A DNA stretch of 64,000 nt from Caldiserica bacterium UBA646 (GTDB lineage: Bacteria; Caldisericota; Caldisericia; Caldisericales; Caldisericaceae): contig DBOM01000062.1 in NCBI GenBank assembly GCA_002299965.1, positions 16,279 through 80,278 of the forward strand, in the 5' to 3' direction. Below the pieces are notes generated by a model. The model was not told the origin of the DNA, ran no database searches, and saw nothing but the letters and a program-made list of their open reading frames with translations. This document shows, in pieces, positions 63,287 through 64,000 of this stretch. Position 1 is the stretch's first letter. Each line of letters opens with the position of its first letter. Made by a program: the position numbers and the translations under genes.

Positions 63287-64000
63287 TTATAAATTCGTCC
63301 CAGGAAAATTCTTATTAAGCGCTTTGCTAAACCTATCTATTACTCGCTTTTTTCCGAGTATGAGCATAATTTTTGTAAGCTCCGGACCATTCTTGGACCC
63401 AATAAGAGCAACTCGCATTGGATGATATATTTTTTTCCCGGAAAGATTAAGCACAGTTTTCAATTCATTTATAAAGTTATCCAGTGCTTTTTCTGTAAAC
63501 TCGATATCTTGCAATTTTTCAATTAGGTATGAAAATACTATTTTATTTTCTTCCTGCTTAAGTATTCTTTGCTCTTTTTCGGTTTTGATGAGGTCAATCT
63601 CTTCAAAAAAAGGAGTAGCAAATTTTGTTATGTCACTGATGGTTTCCATATTGCCTTTTACTGCGTTGACTATATTTAATAATTTCTCAGAGCAGTTGCT
63701 GCCTTCTTTGATCCATTTTTTCTCTATCATAAAGGGAAGAGCAAGCCTGCAAAGTCTTTCATCGTCGGCCTTTGAAATATAATGATGGTTCATCCATTTA
63801 AGTTTATCAATATCAAATATAGCAGGGGCTTTGTTAACGCTTTCAAGGGTAAATAGGTTAATAAGTTCTTCTTTTGTAAAGAACTCTCTGTCATCTTTAG
63901 AAGACCATCCGAGAAGAACAAGGTAGTTAAAGAGAGCTTCGGGAAGGAAACCCATCTCTCTGTACTGGCCTACTGAAGTAGCACCATGTCTTTTACTGAG
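63287..64000 (-). CDS. gltX: Glutamate--tRNA ligase, C-terminal part (5' end beyond the right window edge)
   Basis: The frame stays open upstream of the ORF-track Met. My translation of 64000..63953 gives LSKRHGATSVGQYREMGFLPEAL, i.e. a KMSKS-type KLSKR loop followed by the GxLPEALxNYLxLLGWS block. Confidence 0.9.
   Translation of the reverse strand, partial: LSKRHGATSVGQYREMGFLPEALFNYLVLLGWSSKDDREFFTKEELINLFTLESVNKAPAIFDIDKLKWMNHHYISKADDERLCRLALPFMIEKKWIKEGSNCSEKLLNIVNAVKGNMETISDITKFATPFFEEIDLIKTEKEQRILKQEENKIVFSYLIEKLQDIEFTEKALDNFINELKTVLNLSGKKIYHPMRVALIGSKNGPELTKIMLILGKKRVIDRFSKALNKNFPGTNL

Noticed and set aside
1-64000. Scan for CRISPR arrays, IS elements, integrases, prophage or toxin-antitoxin/defence cassettes.
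   Set aside because: I saw no regularly spaced direct repeats and no transposase, integrase or recombinase-like ORFs. No terminal inverted repeats flank the accessory-looking loci. The only notable DNA repeat is the intragenic GerMN one.

Overview
This is a densely coding, low-GC bacterial chromosomal segment. The organism appears anaerobic (Rnf complex, NrdG-like radical SAM enzyme, Mo-hydroxylase) and has an SLH-type envelope. I saw no transposase, integrase, CRISPR array, rRNA or obvious defence island, so most of the window is core housekeeping. Layout, left to right: (a) 1-8719, minus strand: a putative N-heterocycle/purine-type catabolic locus. It holds an XDH-family Mo-hydroxylase (FAD, 2Fe-2S and Mo subunits, the last running off the window), an internally duplicated cyclase/formamidase-family protein, a DUF1116/YlbE-like protein, two small membrane proteins and an NCS2 nucleobase permease. 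(b) 8720-9365: an unusually long AT-rich non-coding spacer with divergent promoter candidates. (c) 9366-10546, plus strand: a two-gene DRTGG / HATPase-DRTGG module. (d) 10730-21791, minus strand: one tight co-directional block of PPC/DUF296, valS, folC, a membrane double-zinc-ribbon protein, rnfCDGEA, a minimal 99-aa rnfB and a Cys-free E/K-rich membrane protein. (e) 21950-39323, plus strand: promoter, tRNA(CAU), a COG1579-type zinc-ribbon CDS, RNase P RNA, then a complete classical dcw cluster (rsmH-ftsL-ftsI-murE-murF-mraY-murD-ftsW-murG-murC-murB-ddl-ftsQ-ftsA-ftsZ) without mraZ. (f) 39324-47673, plus strand: a membrane protein, an ECF sigma / putative anti-sigma pair, and an SLH-anchored family-5 solute-binding protein with its Opp/Dpp-type ABC permeases and ATPases, ending in a clean terminator. 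(g) 47754-54619: a metallophosphoesterase, a flippase-like membrane protein, a MazG fusion, mfd and pth. (h) 54803-63260, plus strand: an NrdG-like radical SAM enzyme, a double GerMN protein, an amidohydrolase, a divergent DnaB-family helicase, apgM, a CinA-N-like protein and a TPR-CofE-like fusion. (i) 63287-64000, minus strand: the 3' part of gltX. I cannot point to one clear-cut novel system. The most unusual items are the catabolic locus at the left edge, the DRTGG/HATPase module, the minimal RnfB with its attached E/K-rich PIN-like membrane protein, the tRNA-CDS-rnpB-dcw arrangement, and several unusual domain fusions. All functional calls rest on my reading of motifs in the supplied translations; no database search was run.
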